DNA of 64,000 nt from Acidilobus sp. GTDB lineage: Archaea > Thermoproteota > Thermoprotei_A > Sulfolobales > Acidilobaceae. The DNA is taken from positions 92,694-156,693 of the forward strand of contig JBMFHE010000003.1 in NCBI GenBank assembly GCA_049977005.1, read 5' to 3'. The stretch's first letter is position 1; each line of letters opens with the position of its first letter. Positions 1 through 10,176 of this stretch are shown here, one piece after another. The notes under the pieces are model-generated. The model had not been told where the DNA came from. It saw nothing but the letters and a program-made list of their open reading frames with translations, and made no database searches. Both the position numbers and the translations under genes were made by a program.

Positions 1-648
1 GACATATATGCCGCGTTCTTCCTCAGCCTTGCAATAGTCGCGGCCTTCAGGGAGAGGCTGTTGCTGTCCTCAGTTTTTGAGGGCCTTGCCTGGGCCTCCA
101 AGGAGACGGCCCTTCCAGGGCTCCTAGCGATCTGGGTGCTCGCAGCTGTAAGGAACCCGCCAAGGAAGGCGGTGAGGCTAATAGGGCTCTCCACGCTAAT
201 TGTGTTCGCCGTCTTCATAGCCACCTACGTACCGTTGTTCCTCCACTTTGGCGTCATGTACGTAATCCGTCAGACCATCGGGGGCTACAAGTGGGACCTC
301 GAGAGCAGACCGCCAGGACCACCTACAAGTACTCCGAGCGGTTGGTTCTTCAACGTGGACCCCTTCGTACTATCATATTCCCCCCTCCTGGAGGCGTCCA
401 TGACGGTAGCCTTTGAGGCGCCGGCCCTCGTGGCGGGCCTTTCAATATTTGTCGCAGGCATCCTGTCCAATAGGTCCATCGTCAGGGCGGGGGACGCGTT
501 CTTCGTATCTGAGTTCGTCGGCCTTTGGCTGGTTTACCTAGTCGGTAATCACACGCTTTACAGCTTCTATTCCGTGATATTTACCCCCGCCTCAGCTGTA
601 GTAATTGCCGAGGTGATGGACCTCTTGCTGAGAAGGTTTAATAAATAA
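1..648 (+). CDS. Membrane glycosyltransferase (GT-C/PMT-like), 5' end truncated by the window edge
   Basis: Frame is open from base 1; multiple hydrophobic helices; LAWASK and NHTLYSFY segments resemble archaeal PMT-like proteins. Confidence 0.6.
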   Translation, partial: DIYAAFFLSLAIVAAFRERLLLSSVFEGLAWASKETALPGLLAIWVLAAVRNPPRKAVRLIGLSTLIVFAVFIATYVPLFLHFGVMYVIRQTIGGYKWDLESRPPGPPTSTPSGWFFNVDPFVLSYSPLLEASMTVAFEAPALVAGLSIFVAGILSNRSIVRAGDAFFVSEFVGLWLVYLVGNHTLYSFYSVIFTPASAVVIAEVMDLLLRRFNK

Positions 649-739
649 TCGTCAATAAAAAGATTTTAATGATATTTGATTCTATATAGAGCCAGGATCA
701 CTGTTTATATACTTTCTAGCGCTAACTATGTAATAAGAG

Positions 740-1159
740 GTGGGACCAGTGGTAAACCCGAGCGCGATAAGGAGAGAGCCGCTGATCGAAAGGGTCAGGA
801 CAAGGATACTCAAGGAATACGAGGAGCTGAGGACGAGGCTCGTTGACGAGAGCGGCCTTCTGGTTACGACGGCCCTTGACGACTCAGACGTAGAGAGGCT
901 TGTAATGATAGCCCTTGACGAGGCCAAGTCGCCGGTCAGCTGGAGGGAGCTGAAGGCAATATTCCAGGGCGTGGTCGGCGAGGACAGGCTGAGGAGGATA
1001 CTGAGCGGTCTAAAGGCCAGGAACGTAGTGGCCGAGCTGACGCACACCAGGTATAGCCTGCCCAAGTACGTGCCGGAGCCCGAGCTGAGCAAGGTCAAGA
1101 ACCCAGTAGTCATTAGGCAGATCCTGGAGGAGTCCTCCAATAACGAAAGCCTTAACTAA
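740..1159 (+). CDS. Hypothetical protein, probable winged-helix DNA-binding domain
   Basis: Helix-turn-helix plus wing pattern (SWRELKAIF..GEDRLRRILSGL..VAEL..TRYSL); AT-rich promoter upstream. Confidence 0.6.
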   Translation: MGPVVNPSAIRREPLIERVRTRILKEYEELRTRLVDESGLLVTTALDDSDVERLVMIALDEAKSPVSWRELKAIFQGVVGEDRLRRILSGLKARNVVAELTHTRYSLPKYVPEPELSKVKNPVVIRQILEESSNNESLN

Positions 1160-1188
1160 CTCCTTCTCAGACACGACCTAAGAGCGCG

Positions 1189-1527
1189 TTGAACCTGTGC
1201 GAGGTATGTAACCTAAGACCGGCGCTGCACGTCTGCAGGATATGTGGAAGGAGGGTCTGCGAGGAGCACTACGACGAATCGAGGGGAATCTGCGTTATAT
1301 GTGCGTCGTCCCTCTGTGAGATCTGCAAGGAGAGGCTAGCGATAACCTTCTGCCCGGTCTGCGGAAGGCTCATCTGTTACGAGGACAGCGTCCAGGTCGA
1401 TAACGTCAGGAGGGTCTGCAGGGAGTGCTTCGACAAGGGGTTCAGGGGGCCCGTCATGACGCAGGCCAGGACCTTTGTAGGGGGTCCTGTAAGGCTTGCG
1501 AGAAGGGTGGTCACTCTGGGGGCATGA
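1189..1527 (+). CDS. Cys-rich zinc-finger protein with two tandem units
   Basis: Eight CxxC/CxxH/CxxD pairs arranged as two similar repeats. Confidence 0.75.
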   Translation: MNLCEVCNLRPALHVCRICGRRVCEEHYDESRGICVICASSLCEICKERLAITFCPVCGRLICYEDSVQVDNVRRVCRECFDKGFRGPVMTQARTFVGGPVRLARRVVTLGA

Positions 1528-1595
1528 GTGGGTAGAGATAGGAGATATAGTTAAAGCCTCTCACTCTCTCCTACGTGCGTGGGGGCAATAAATTA

Positions 1596-2171
1596 ATGTC
1601 AGCCGAAAGCCCTAGCGTGCTTGTTCACGTTGAAGACATGAGGGTTAAAGTTGATGGTAGACTATACGAGAACCCTCACATAATAATTGTGGGGGTTTCC
1701 CACCTAGCTGGCGAGATCGCCCCCAGGGCCGTAAGAATTGACGCAAGGTTTGACGGCTACCCCAGGGTCGACCAGCTCGATGAGGTGCTGAGGGTCAGTA
1801 TGGGCGGGGACTTCATGGCTGACCTTACTGGGTCAGGGGTCGGCAAGGCGATCGAGACGGAGGAGGGTTACATAATCGAGGGCTCCAGGATTACAATCAG
1901 GTTTGAAGTTGACGAGCAGTCGGAGAAGGTGATCGTCAAGATCCCAAGAGTTGGAACCCTCAAGGCGGAAAAGCTTACAATTAGCATCAATAAGGAGGCC
2001 TCGCTCAACTTAATCTCAAGCCCATTCGTCCTGGGGGCACTGACATTAACCGGTCCTGTCAAGCTTACCGTGACCATCTCTGGGGACAGCGTCGGAATCA
2101 GCACGAGCGAGGGCGGTGAGACGAGAAAGAAGGAAATTCAGAGTGCGGCGGCTGAGAGGGCTAGCTCCTAG
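1596..2171 (+). CDS. Hypothetical beta-rich protein
   Basis: Long ORF with genome-typical codon usage; ATG at 1596. Confidence 0.65.
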   Translation: MSAESPSVLVHVEDMRVKVDGRLYENPHIIIVGVSHLAGEIAPRAVRIDARFDGYPRVDQLDEVLRVSMGGDFMADLTGSGVGKAIETEEGYIIEGSRITIRFEVDEQSEKVIVKIPRVGTLKAEKLTISINKEASLNLISSPFVLGALTLTGPVKLTVTISGDSVGISTSEGGETRKKEIQSAAAERASS

Positions 2172-2502
2172 GTGTCTGAGGCCTGCTCACGGCAGCTATG
2201 AACTTGGCCTTGTCAAGGATCCTCTGGACTATATCCTTGTCATCACTCCCTATTACGTAAAGGCCCCTGGGAGAGTATAGGATCTCTTCGCACCCACCTA
2301 CGTCAGGTGAGACCTTAACGATGACGTCATCGGTGTACCTGCCGTCAAAGAACGCCAAGACCAGGACGGTGCCGCAGCACTCCAAGTAGCTTTCAAGGCA
2401 GCCGTCAGCCTCTCTAGGGGTTGACGCCCTGTAACCGCTCTCCCTGAGGGCATCAACTACGTTCTTAGCCCTCATCCTCGTCTGATTCTTCAGAGGGCTC
2501 AA
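2161..2502 (-). CDS. Hypothetical protein
   Basis: ORF at the distal end of a minus-strand gene run; start uncertain. Confidence 0.55.
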   Translation of the reverse strand: MSPLKNQTRMRAKNVVDALRESGYRASTPREADGCLESYLECCGTVLVLAFFDGRYTDDVIVKVSPDVGGCEEILYSPRGLYVIGSDDKDIVQRILDKAKFIAAVSRPQTPRS

Positions 2503-2704
2503 CCTCTAGGCTCACCTCCTCGGCGGTTACAGTCCTCGAGCTTATGCACTTCGGGGCCTCGCCGCCAACGACTTCGACCTCAAGGCCGTACCTCGCTATT
2601 ATGTTGCACAGCGTATCCCATGGAACAACGGCCTTCTGCCCCAGCTCAGTAACTATGAATGCCAGGTTCCCCCTCTTCTCAACCCTGGCCTTCAGGGGGC
2701 TCAC
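2465..2704 (-). CDS. Small hypothetical protein
   Basis: ORF 18 nt downstream of the GlmU-like gene; acidic tail. Confidence 0.55.
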   Translation of the reverse strand: MSPLKARVEKRGNLAFIVTELGQKAVVPWDTLCNIIARYGLEVEVVGGEAPKCISSRTVTAEEVSLEVEPSEESDEDEG

Positions 2705-2721
2705 CTAGCGCGTTAAGGCGT

Positions 2722-3969
2722 TCAGCACTTATAGACCTCCCCCTTGGCGACGTCCCTGTAAACGACGCAGCCAGGGTAAATTATGGCATAGGCGCCCACC
2801 TTGACCCCAGGCATCAGCGACACGTTGATGCCCGTCTGCGAGTGGCCCCCCATCACGGCGCCCAGTTTCTTAAGGCCTGTGTCAACGCGCTCCCCCTTGA
2901 CCGTCATCTTTACGGTCTTATGGTCAAACCTAAGGTTAGCCGTTATTGTTCCAGCCCCGAGGTTTACGTCCTCACCGATGACGCTATCCCCCACGTAGTT
3001 GAAGTGGGGCGCCCTGGCCTCCTCCATCAGGACCGAGGCCTTGACCTCAACGGCGTAGCCGACCTTTGCCTTCTCCATTATTATGGTCTCAGGCCTTATG
3101 TGTGACGATGGCCCAACCTTTGCGCCCCTTCCAATGTAGGCGGGTCCCTCAACAACGGTGAAGGGTCCTACCTCAGCGCCTTCCTCAACGATTACTGGAC
3201 CCTCGATGACGGCCGTGCTATGGACCTCACCCTTAATCTTCTGGTCGGCCTTGCCGGCCATTTCCGATAGGGCGAGTCTGTTTGCTATGAGGTAATCCCA
3301 GGGCCTACCTACGTCAAGCCAGTCCTCACTGCCTACCCTGACAACCCCAACGTCGGTCACCTTGGCGAGCTCGTTTAAAGCGTCGGTGACCTCAAGCTCA
3401 CCCCTCGGCGATGGCTTCAATGCCTTGAGGTACTCTATGAACTCGTAGTCAACCGCGAGGGCGCCCGCGTAAACTAGGTTTGACGTGACCTTGTCCCTTG
3501 GAGGCTTCTCGACGATACCGGTGATGGTGCCGTCCCTCAGGTTTACTACACCGTAGTTCCAGGGCTCCGACGATTCGGCCGCGAGGACTGAGTAGGGCTT
3601 CATCCGGGAGACGGCTTCATAAGCCCTCTCTGTGAGGAATACGTCTGAGTAAACTATGATGTATTTGCCGGGGCCTGAGGTCTCCAGGGCCACCCTTATT
3701 GCATCCCCCGTCCCCCTCTCCTCGCCCTGGTCAACGATTGTGGCCTTTCCCTCATAGCATCTCACGACAGTATCCTTTAGTTGGTCCTTCATGTATGAGG
3801 CGACCACTATGACTTCGCTTGGGTTTATCCTAGCGCTCAGCATCCTCAAGTGTCTGCAGATCATGGGCTCATTGATGATGGGCAGAGAAGGCTTTGGCCT
3901 GGTGTCGGTCAGGGGCTGCATCCTTACGCCTTTCCCAGCAGCTAGGATAACCAGCCTGAGGCTCGACAT
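2722..3969 (-). CDS. glmU: Bifunctional sugar-1-phosphate nucleotidylyltransferase/acetyltransferase (archaeal GlmU-like)
   Basis: LAAGKGVRM..T..PK motif, VEKP, SPRGELE, C-terminal hexapeptide repeats (HFNYVGDS, NLGAGTITAN). Confidence 0.9.
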   Translation of the reverse strand: MSSLRLVILAAGKGVRMQPLTDTRPKPSLPIINEPMICRHLRMLSARINPSEVIVVASYMKDQLKDTVVRCYEGKATIVDQGEERGTGDAIRVALETSGPGKYIIVYSDVFLTERAYEAVSRMKPYSVLAAESSEPWNYGVVNLRDGTITGIVEKPPRDKVTSNLVYAGALAVDYEFIEYLKALKPSPRGELEVTDALNELAKVTDVGVVRVGSEDWLDVGRPWDYLIANRLALSEMAGKADQKIKGEVHSTAVIEGPVIVEEGAEVGPFTVVEGPAYIGRGAKVGPSSHIRPETIIMEKAKVGYAVEVKASVLMEEARAPHFNYVGDSVIGEDVNLGAGTITANLRFDHKTVKMTVKGERVDTGLKKLGAVMGGHSQTGINVSLMPGVKVGAYAIIYPGCVVYRDVAKGEVYKC

Positions 3970-4847
3970 TATTGGTCCCTAGCCCTAATTGTCCAGGGCT
4001 GGGTACTGGTATTAAGCTCAGCCAACCCCATCCGGGCCAGGGATAGCGCGTAGCCTAGGAGGCTCCTGGCCCCTATCCACTTTACAAAGGGGTCCTTAGA
4101 CCCGTATAGCGCGTCAAGGTAGCTTACCAAAGGGGTCCACTCCTTAGAGAGGATTGACCTAAAGGTCACGATCCTCCTTATCTTGCCTGTGATGTTTTCT
4201 GAGGCCCACTCGGCCACGTAGGCCCTGTCAACATCTCTGCCGTGTCCGGGGTGCGCTATTTCCCAGCCGGCGTCGGAAAGGAGCCTCACCAGAGACTTGA
4301 TGTAATCCTCAAGGCTCATTATTGAGAGCCCTGAGTCGGGATTTATTGCGTCACCGACGAAGGCGTGAGGCCCAGCCACATAGCACACGTGGTCATCGCT
4401 GTGGCCAGGGCATTGTAAGGCCTTTATAATGCCTGTCTGGACGGGCTCGCAGCTGTCAAGCTCTACCAGCTTTGCAGTCCGCATGTAGTCAAGGACCTCG
4501 CGAAGCCTTGCCAAGCTGACCTCAAGGAACGGCCTGACGTTGTCAGGCACCTCACCGAAGGCCTTCAACACGGCGGCCGAGCCCTCGAATGCGGGGAGGG
4601 ATCCCCTAAGGTACTGAAGCGTCAGCGTGGAGGCGCATATGGCCCCCTTATATCCGCCTCTGGCCAGGCCAAGTACGTGATCCCAGTGCCAGTGCGTCAG
4701 CAGCGCAAACCGGGCGTTAAGGACCTCGCTGGGGGGCGGTTCAACGCCCCCGTCTATCAGCAATGTCTGGCCCTCGACCTCGACCAGGTAGCTGTTAGCG
4801 GGCCTGTCGAGGGGCTCAACCCACGAGCTAAACCTCTTTACCGTCAC
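3969..4847 (-). CDS. MBL-fold metallo-hydrolase
   Basis: THWHWDH, PGHS, GD and HPGHG motifs. Confidence 0.9.
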   Translation of the reverse strand: MTVKRFSSWVEPLDRPANSYLVEVEGQTLLIDGGVEPPPSEVLNARFALLTHWHWDHVLGLARGGYKGAICASTLTLQYLRGSLPAFEGSAAVLKAFGEVPDNVRPFLEVSLARLREVLDYMRTAKLVELDSCEPVQTGIIKALQCPGHSDDHVCYVAGPHAFVGDAINPDSGLSIMSLEDYIKSLVRLLSDAGWEIAHPGHGRDVDRAYVAEWASENITGKIRRIVTFRSILSKEWTPLVSYLDALYGSKDPFVKWIGARSLLGYALSLARMGLAELNTSTQPWTIRARDQ

Positions 4848-4987
4848 GGGCCCCGTGATGGACTCCTAAGACCCTTGGGGTGAAGCGGCTATTGTGTTTA
4901 CCGCCTTGCCGCTTATAGGGCCCATTAACAGACTACGCTCATAACTTCAGCAGAGCTTTTAATGGCACTAATGGGCCGAAGAGCCGG

Positions 4988-5419
4988 GTGCCCTTGATGA
5001 TCGAGAGGACGCTTGTGCTGATAAAGCCTGACGGGGTCAGGAGGGGGCTCATAGGCGAGATTATATCAAGGTTTGAGAGGAAGGGCTTCAGGATAGTTGC
5101 GATGAAGATGATAAGGATGACAAAGGAGCAGGCGGCCCAGTTTTACTCGGTCCACGCTGATAAGCCGTTCTACAAGGACCTCGTCGAGTTCATAACGAGC
5201 GGTCCCATAGTAGCGATGATACTCGAGGGGGACTCCGCGATATCAGTGGTGAGGAACATGATAGGCGCAACCGATGGCCGGAAGGCCGCGCCGGGCACCA
5301 TCAGGGGGGATTACGCGCTGTCGATACAGGAGAACGTTGTTCACGCCAGCGATTCCCCTGAGAGCTACGAGAGGGAGTCCAAGATAATCTTCTCAGAGGA
5401 CGATATAGTGACCTACTGA
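4988..5419 (+). CDS. ndk: Nucleoside diphosphate kinase
   Basis: [26 protein letters not shown]. Confidence 0.97.
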   Translation: MPLMIERTLVLIKPDGVRRGLIGEIISRFERKGFRIVAMKMIRMTKEQAAQFYSVHADKPFYKDLVEFITSGPIVAMILEGDSAISVVRNMIGATDGRKAAPGTIRGDYALSIQENVVHASDSPESYERESKIIFSEDDIVTY

Positions 5420-7263
5420 CCCTTGCCCATCACTGAGTCAAGCTTGGCCAGGACTAGAACGTACTCCTTTGAGCCGAGCTTTCTCTTCAGCTCGGCTATC
5501 TCCTTAAGCGTGACGAGCTCGTCGTCAGATATGTAGCTCCTGAACTCCGTTAGGAGCTTCATAGCGTGGTCCGGGGGGACATCGGTGTAGACTATGTCGC
5601 CCTCGTCAACGTGCCTTCCAACCATTACCTTACCCTCAATCGAGATGGCGACCTTGGCCCCGACCCTGGCTATGTCAAGGCTCTTGTCCCTGTCCTTAAT
5701 GGCCATTATCCTGCCGAGCTCCCTCCCCTTAGCTGTGATAAGCGGGTAGCCCGGCCTTATGACGCCCCCCAGAACTTCAACGCCAACGATCGCCGGGTCG
5801 CTCCTCCTGAAGACATAGCCAGGTATTATCATGAACTTGCCAGGCCTCACGAGCTGGTTCAGCTTAGCTATTATCTCCTCTTCCTTGAGCTTCTGCCTCC
5901 ACTCCGTGTACTGGTCTAATAAGTGATATATTATATTGTCCTGAAACACCTTCACCCCAGCGGCGGCGGCCTCCTGCTCGGCCTCGGGAAGAACCTTGAC
6001 GTTGAACGCCAGCACGGCCCCCAGGCTCTTATCCCTCTTTGCGCTGAAGGCGGCCTCCATTACGTCGGTCTTGCTGACGTTGCCTACGTCGGCCGACCTG
6101 ACGGGAACCCCCTGTCTCCTCAGGGCCTCGAGGAGCGCCTCGAGCGTGCCGAGCGTGTCAGCCTTTACCACGACCCCTACGTTATCGGTCTTGAAGATTA
6201 GCTCCTTTATCTCGCTCCTCAGCGCCTCGGCCAGCTTCTTGGCCTCCTCATCACTTCTAGCGGCCATGAGCGAGGAGCCGGCGAGCGCGTCCTCAAGCCC
6301 GGCGGCGGCTATTCTGACGCCGGCGGCCGCGTGAACCTCGTCAACGTTGACGAACTTTACGCCCTTGGCCCTCATGTCGCTTAGAGGCGCCGGCATGAGG
6401 AGCGACCTGACGGTAGTTATTATCGGGCCGTTCTTTCCGTTGAGCACAATAATGTCGCCAACCTTCAGGACGCCATCGTATATTATGGCGTCAATTACGG
6501 TGCCCAGCCCAGGTATCTCCTTGACTTCGAGGACAGACCCCTTGGCGGGCCCCTCAGCGTACTGTAGCCTCCGGCGCAGGTACTGCTGCGCGAGGCCTGC
6601 CAGAACGGCCAGCAGGTCAGGTATTCCCTCCCCGGTCTTGGCCGAGACTGGCACGACGGCAACGGTCCTTGTGAAGTCCTTGATCCGGGTGAAGAGGTCA
6701 GCGCTGAAGCCCTGCTCTGACAGGCTGAGCACGATCTTCCCATAGATAGCCTCCTCGAGCGCCCTCCTGGCCTGCTCCGTCTGCATCCTATAGGACTCTA
6801 TGAAGGGCGTGTCAGGGTGGGAAACCCAGCCAGGTATCCTGTCTATCTTGTTAGCGGCCACAAGGAAGGGAACCTTTCTAGACTTGAGTAAGTCGAGGCT
6901 TTCATAGGTCTGATTCTGGAACCCCTTAGTAACGTCAACAACCAATATCGCGAAGTCGGCGACGCTTCCGCCCCTCCTCCTTAGGTTTGAGAAGAGCTCG
7001 TGCCCAGGCGTGTCGATGAACAGGAGGCCAGGGATAGTTAGCTTAATGGGTATGACCTTCTTAAGGGGCTCAGCGATCTTCTCAATTACATCAGACGGGA
7101 CTATGCTGGCCCCTATGTGCTGGGTTATGCCTCCAGCCTCCTTGGCCGCCACCGCTGTGCTCCTGATCTTGTCAAGAAGCGACGTCTTTCCGTGATCCAC
7201 GTGGCCTAACACAACGACTATCGGCTGCCTTAGCCTCGGCTGTTCAGCGGCTGTGGCGCTCAC
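5413..7263 (-). CDS. infB: Translation initiation factor aIF5B (IF-2)
   Basis: [28 protein letters not shown]. Confidence 0.97.
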   Translation of the reverse strand: MSATAAEQPRLRQPIVVVLGHVDHGKTSLLDKIRSTAVAAKEAGGITQHIGASIVPSDVIEKIAEPLKKVIPIKLTIPGLLFIDTPGHELFSNLRRRGGSVADFAILVVDVTKGFQNQTYESLDLLKSRKVPFLVAANKIDRIPGWVSHPDTPFIESYRMQTEQARRALEEAIYGKIVLSLSEQGFSADLFTRIKDFTRTVAVVPVSAKTGEGIPDLLAVLAGLAQQYLRRRLQYAEGPAKGSVLEVKEIPGLGTVIDAIIYDGVLKVGDIIVLNGKNGPIITTVRSLLMPAPLSDMRAKGVKFVNVDEVHAAAGVRIAAAGLEDALAGSSLMAARSDEEAKKLAEALRSEIKELIFKTDNVGVVVKADTLGTLEALLEALRRQGVPVRSADVGNVSKTDVMEAAFSAKRDKSLGAVLAFNVKVLPEAEQEAAAAGVKVFQDNIIYHLLDQYTEWRQKLKEEEIIAKLNQLVRPGKFMIIPGYVFRRSDPAIVGVEVLGGVIRPGYPLITAKGRELGRIMAIKDRDKSLDIARVGAKVAISIEGKVMVGRHVDEGDIVYTDVPPDHAMKLLTEFRSYISDDELVTLKEIAELKRKLGSKEYVLVLAKLDSVMGKGQ

Positions 7264-7322
7264 GAGCGCACGCCCCTCTCTCAGTTAGGCCTGGCCGTTA
7301 AGAGCACCAAGGAGCTATGACA

Positions 7323-7964
7323 TCAAGCCTGCTGAGGACCTGCAGACGCCTGGAGGGCCTCGAGGGCGTACTGGGGCGGGGTGAGGACCTTAACCTTAGC
7401 TATCTCGACCTTCCTTATCGAGCACAGCTTACGGACCCTCGCCGTCATCTCCTGTGCAAGGCTGCCCTCCTGGTCGCTGAAGACCGCAGCCCTCACGAAC
7501 TCGTCAAATGACATCTGGGGCACCTTGCTGTCAAGCACCTCCTTCATTATTGACCTAATTGCGCGCTTCTGGCTTGTTCTGCACCTGAACTGAGTCCAGG
7601 TGACCGCAGTGACCCTGACAACTACGCCGTCCTTGGTCGAGATCTTGTAGATAAGCGCTATCTTGCTGCTCTTCCTCCTGGTCAGGCTCCTCAGGTAATC
7701 CCTCATCATCTCGACCCCCTTCACAAAGGTCTCAGCGACGTTCCCCTCGACCTTATATACCTGGAACTTGAGCTTAGTGTTGACGTGCGTTAGGTCGCCC
7801 GTTATGTCGTACAGCGTTATTTCAACGGTCCTCTTGATCATTTGTGAGGGGTCCAGCGCGGGCACAGACGCTATAACGACCTTGCCGAAGACGTCGGGCG
7901 CCACTACGTCGTACCACTTCTTCAGCTTCCATGTATCCCTGACAGCACCCTTAGGCTTAGGCAT
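7323..7964 (-). CDS. rps3ae: 30S ribosomal protein S3Ae (eS1)
   Basis: WKLKKWYDVVAP, DYLRSLTRR, RKVEIAKVKVL. Confidence 0.95.
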   Translation of the reverse strand: MPKPKGAVRDTWKLKKWYDVVAPDVFGKVVIASVPALDPSQMIKRTVEITLYDITGDLTHVNTKLKFQVYKVEGNVAETFVKGVEMMRDYLRSLTRRKSSKIALIYKISTKDGVVVRVTAVTWTQFRCRTSQKRAIRSIMKEVLDSKVPQMSFDEFVRAAVFSDQEGSLAQEMTARVRKLCSIRKVEIAKVKVLTPPQYALEALQASAGPQQA

Positions 7965-8082
7965 TAGCTGTCCAGCACCCCAGCCTTCCTCTACAGATCA
8001 CGTTATAAACGTAACTCTCGTCATGATGCCTGAAGGTTAGCCTTTAAAACCTCCTTTCCTGAGCAAGCCGAGGTGCCAAGGG

Positions 8083-8541
8083 TTGCACAAGAAAAGCCGT
8101 AAGGGTCAGTCGCACTCAACAAGGCCCGCGCACCCGAGGCCACCCTCTTGGCTTAACCTAACGCCTGAAGAGATAGAGACCATTATAGTTCAGCTTGCCC
8201 AGAAGGGGTACACGCCGAGCCAGATAGGCCTGATACTTAGGGACCAGTTCGGCGTACCCCTCGTAAAGCCAATCCTTGGCAAGAGCATAACACAGGTCCT
8301 TGAGGAGAAGGGCGTTGCACCGAAGATCCCTGAGGACCTCTTCGCCCTGATCAAGAGGGCAGTGAACCTCAGGCGTCACCTCCAGGAGCACCCCAAGGAC
8401 ACGGACAGCATGAGGGGGCTTGTGCTCATAGAGTCCAAGATCAGGAGGCTGGTAAAGTACTATAAGAGGGTCGGCAAGCTGCCGCCGGACTGGGAGTACG
8501 ACCCCGAGAAGGCGAAGCTCCTCGTGGCCGGCGCTGGCTGA
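8083..8541 (+). CDS. rps15: 30S ribosomal protein S15 (uS15/S13e)
   Basis: [30 protein letters not shown]. Confidence 0.96.
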   Translation: MHKKSRKGQSHSTRPAHPRPPSWLNLTPEEIETIIVQLAQKGYTPSQIGLILRDQFGVPLVKPILGKSITQVLEEKGVAPKIPEDLFALIKRAVNLRRHLQEHPKDTDSMRGLVLIESKIRRLVKYYKRVGKLPPDWEYDPEKAKLLVAGAG

Positions 8542-8594
8542 GGCCTCTGGCGCCCTAATTACCTCCTGGCCTATAGCCGTAGCGGAGAGGAAGG

Positions 8595-9875
8595 TTGCTC
8601 AGCGTTAAGGTTGAGCCAGGTCAAAACCTAGAAAAGAGCCTGACGGCTTCGTCGGCCGCGCTTAAGGCGTTGCTGAGGAGGGCTGCCGAGGCAGGGTTCG
8701 TTAGGATCGTCACACTCCCGTCGTCCGAAAGCCTTATCGCCGCCCTGACGCTTTTCTCTTATCTCTCGAGGAGGGGCCTAAAGGCCTCGATATCGGTGTC
8801 TGTAAGGCCGCCCTCGAGGGTTGACGAGCCGACGGCCCTCTTCGGCTTCAGCTCCCTGGGGTACACCAATGAGACTGACAGGGACGCCCTGTTCGCGATC
8901 TCAACGTCTATCGCTGAGCCGCCGCCCCTGAACGCCACCTACGTCAGCGTTGACGGAAGCGTTGGCGTAGTGCTGGTGATGATGCTTAGGTCTATCGACG
9001 AGAGGCCCCTAGAGCCCGACTACAAGGTGCTGGCGCTGGCCTCGACCATGGGAAGCAGATACATTGATGAGAAGGGCAACCTAATGGGGCTAGACAAGAT
9101 ATACGCCGAGTCGCTTTACGATGATGAGTCGGTCTCCCTTAACCTTCTGACCTACGTAAAGTCCTACAGGCCTCACGTCCTAAGCCTGTGCGACTCGTTA
9201 AGCGTCACGCTAGACCCCTACTACCCTGGCATGACTGGTGACAAGGAGGGCTGCTTGAAGTTGCTTAACAACGCTGGCCTAGGAGGTCTTATTAATAAGA
9301 ACGCCCTTGAGGTAAGCGTTGAGGACGCCTCGCTTATAGCGAAGACCGTGTTAAGTCTAGTCATGGAGAGGAGCCGCAGGAAGCCCGAGGTTACTGACTA
9401 CGTGGGGGGCGTCTACGTGGCCTCGGAGAGGCTCACGATCTCGGACCCCAGGGAGGCCAAGGGACTTATTGAGCTCTCCTATGACATGGGGGGCCTAGGT
9501 CTAGCCGCCGCGCTGGTCTCAGCCTACGAGGAGGAGTACCCTCAGGCCGCGGCATCCCTACCCTACGCTGCCGCTTGGCTGTCCGAGCTTGTCAGCTCAT
9601 CGTCCATATCCGAGGCTGGCACGGTCCTTGGCGTTAGGCTTTACAAGGTCAAATCGGAGGCGAGGCCGCCCCTTTATCTCCTGTGGAAGGCGTTGACCCT
9701 CACCGGCCTGATAGAGAGGCAGTCGCTCCTGGCCTCCGAGGAGGAGAACGGCTTAAGGATCTCGTTACTTCAGGCCGGCGAGGCGCTCGGCGGCCCGAGC
9801 CTGGCAAGGTTTGCCTCTGAGGACTTTGAACTGGAGGGCGGCTTCGCTTGGGTGAAGAGGGGACCTGCTCAGTAA
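8595..9875 (+). CDS. Degenerate RecJ/DHH-family protein
   Basis: Conserved position between rps15 and a Pcc1-like gene; SVTLDPYYPGMTGD segment; DHH catalytic motifs not visible. Confidence 0.6.
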   Translation: MLSVKVEPGQNLEKSLTASSAALKALLRRAAEAGFVRIVTLPSSESLIAALTLFSYLSRRGLKASISVSVRPPSRVDEPTALFGFSSLGYTNETDRDALFAISTSIAEPPPLNATYVSVDGSVGVVLVMMLRSIDERPLEPDYKVLALASTMGSRYIDEKGNLMGLDKIYAESLYDDESVSLNLLTYVKSYRPHVLSLCDSLSVTLDPYYPGMTGDKEGCLKLLNNAGLGGLINKNALEVSVEDASLIAKTVLSLVMERSRRKPEVTDYVGGVYVASERLTISDPREAKGLIELSYDMGGLGLAAALVSAYEEEYPQAAASLPYAAAWLSELVSSSSISEAGTVLGVRLYKVKSEARPPLYLLWKALTLTGLIERQSLLASEEENGLRISLLQAGEALGGPSLARFASEDFELEGGFAWVKRGPAQ

Positions 9876-10138
9876 TCGTAGAGGTTAAGGCGACGGACCC
9901 GAGGACGGCTGAGTCGCTAGCGAGGTCGCTTAACGTAGATAACAGGACTGCCCCGCCCGGGGTCAACGTCAGGTGTGAGCCTGTCGGCCCCATTCTGAGG
10001 TGCGAGGTAACAGTCAAGGGATGTGATAATCCGAGGAGGCTCTTAACAGCGAGAAACACCGTTGACGACCTGCTGTTGGGCTTGAGGGCGGCCCTGAGCT
10101 CAATAAGCGCGGTGGACGGAACCCGTAAAGGCCTTTAG
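9848..10138 (+). CDS. KEOPS Pcc1-family protein
   Basis: About 90 aa; SLNVDN and ARNTVDDLL pattern; rps15-DHH-pcc context. Confidence 0.7.
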   Translation: MGEEGTCSVIVEVKATDPRTAESLARSLNVDNRTAPPGVNVRCEPVGPILRCEVTVKGCDNPRRLLTARNTVDDLLLGLRAALSSISAVDGTRKGL

Positions 10139-10176
10139 CTTAAATTTCTCGCCCTGACCTCAAAAGGGGGAAGGCC

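Noticed and set aside
4848-4935. Hairpin (AAGCGGC/GCCGCTT) followed by ACA, a possible H/ACA sRNA
   Set aside because: No K-turn or K-loop and no convincing pseudouridylation pocket; the region must also hold divergent promoters
7281-7326. Possible minus-strand C/D sRNA overlapping the rps3ae stop (TGATGT...CTGA)
   Set aside because: Box C is degenerate, there are no clear D'/C' boxes, and the region is explained by an infB promoter
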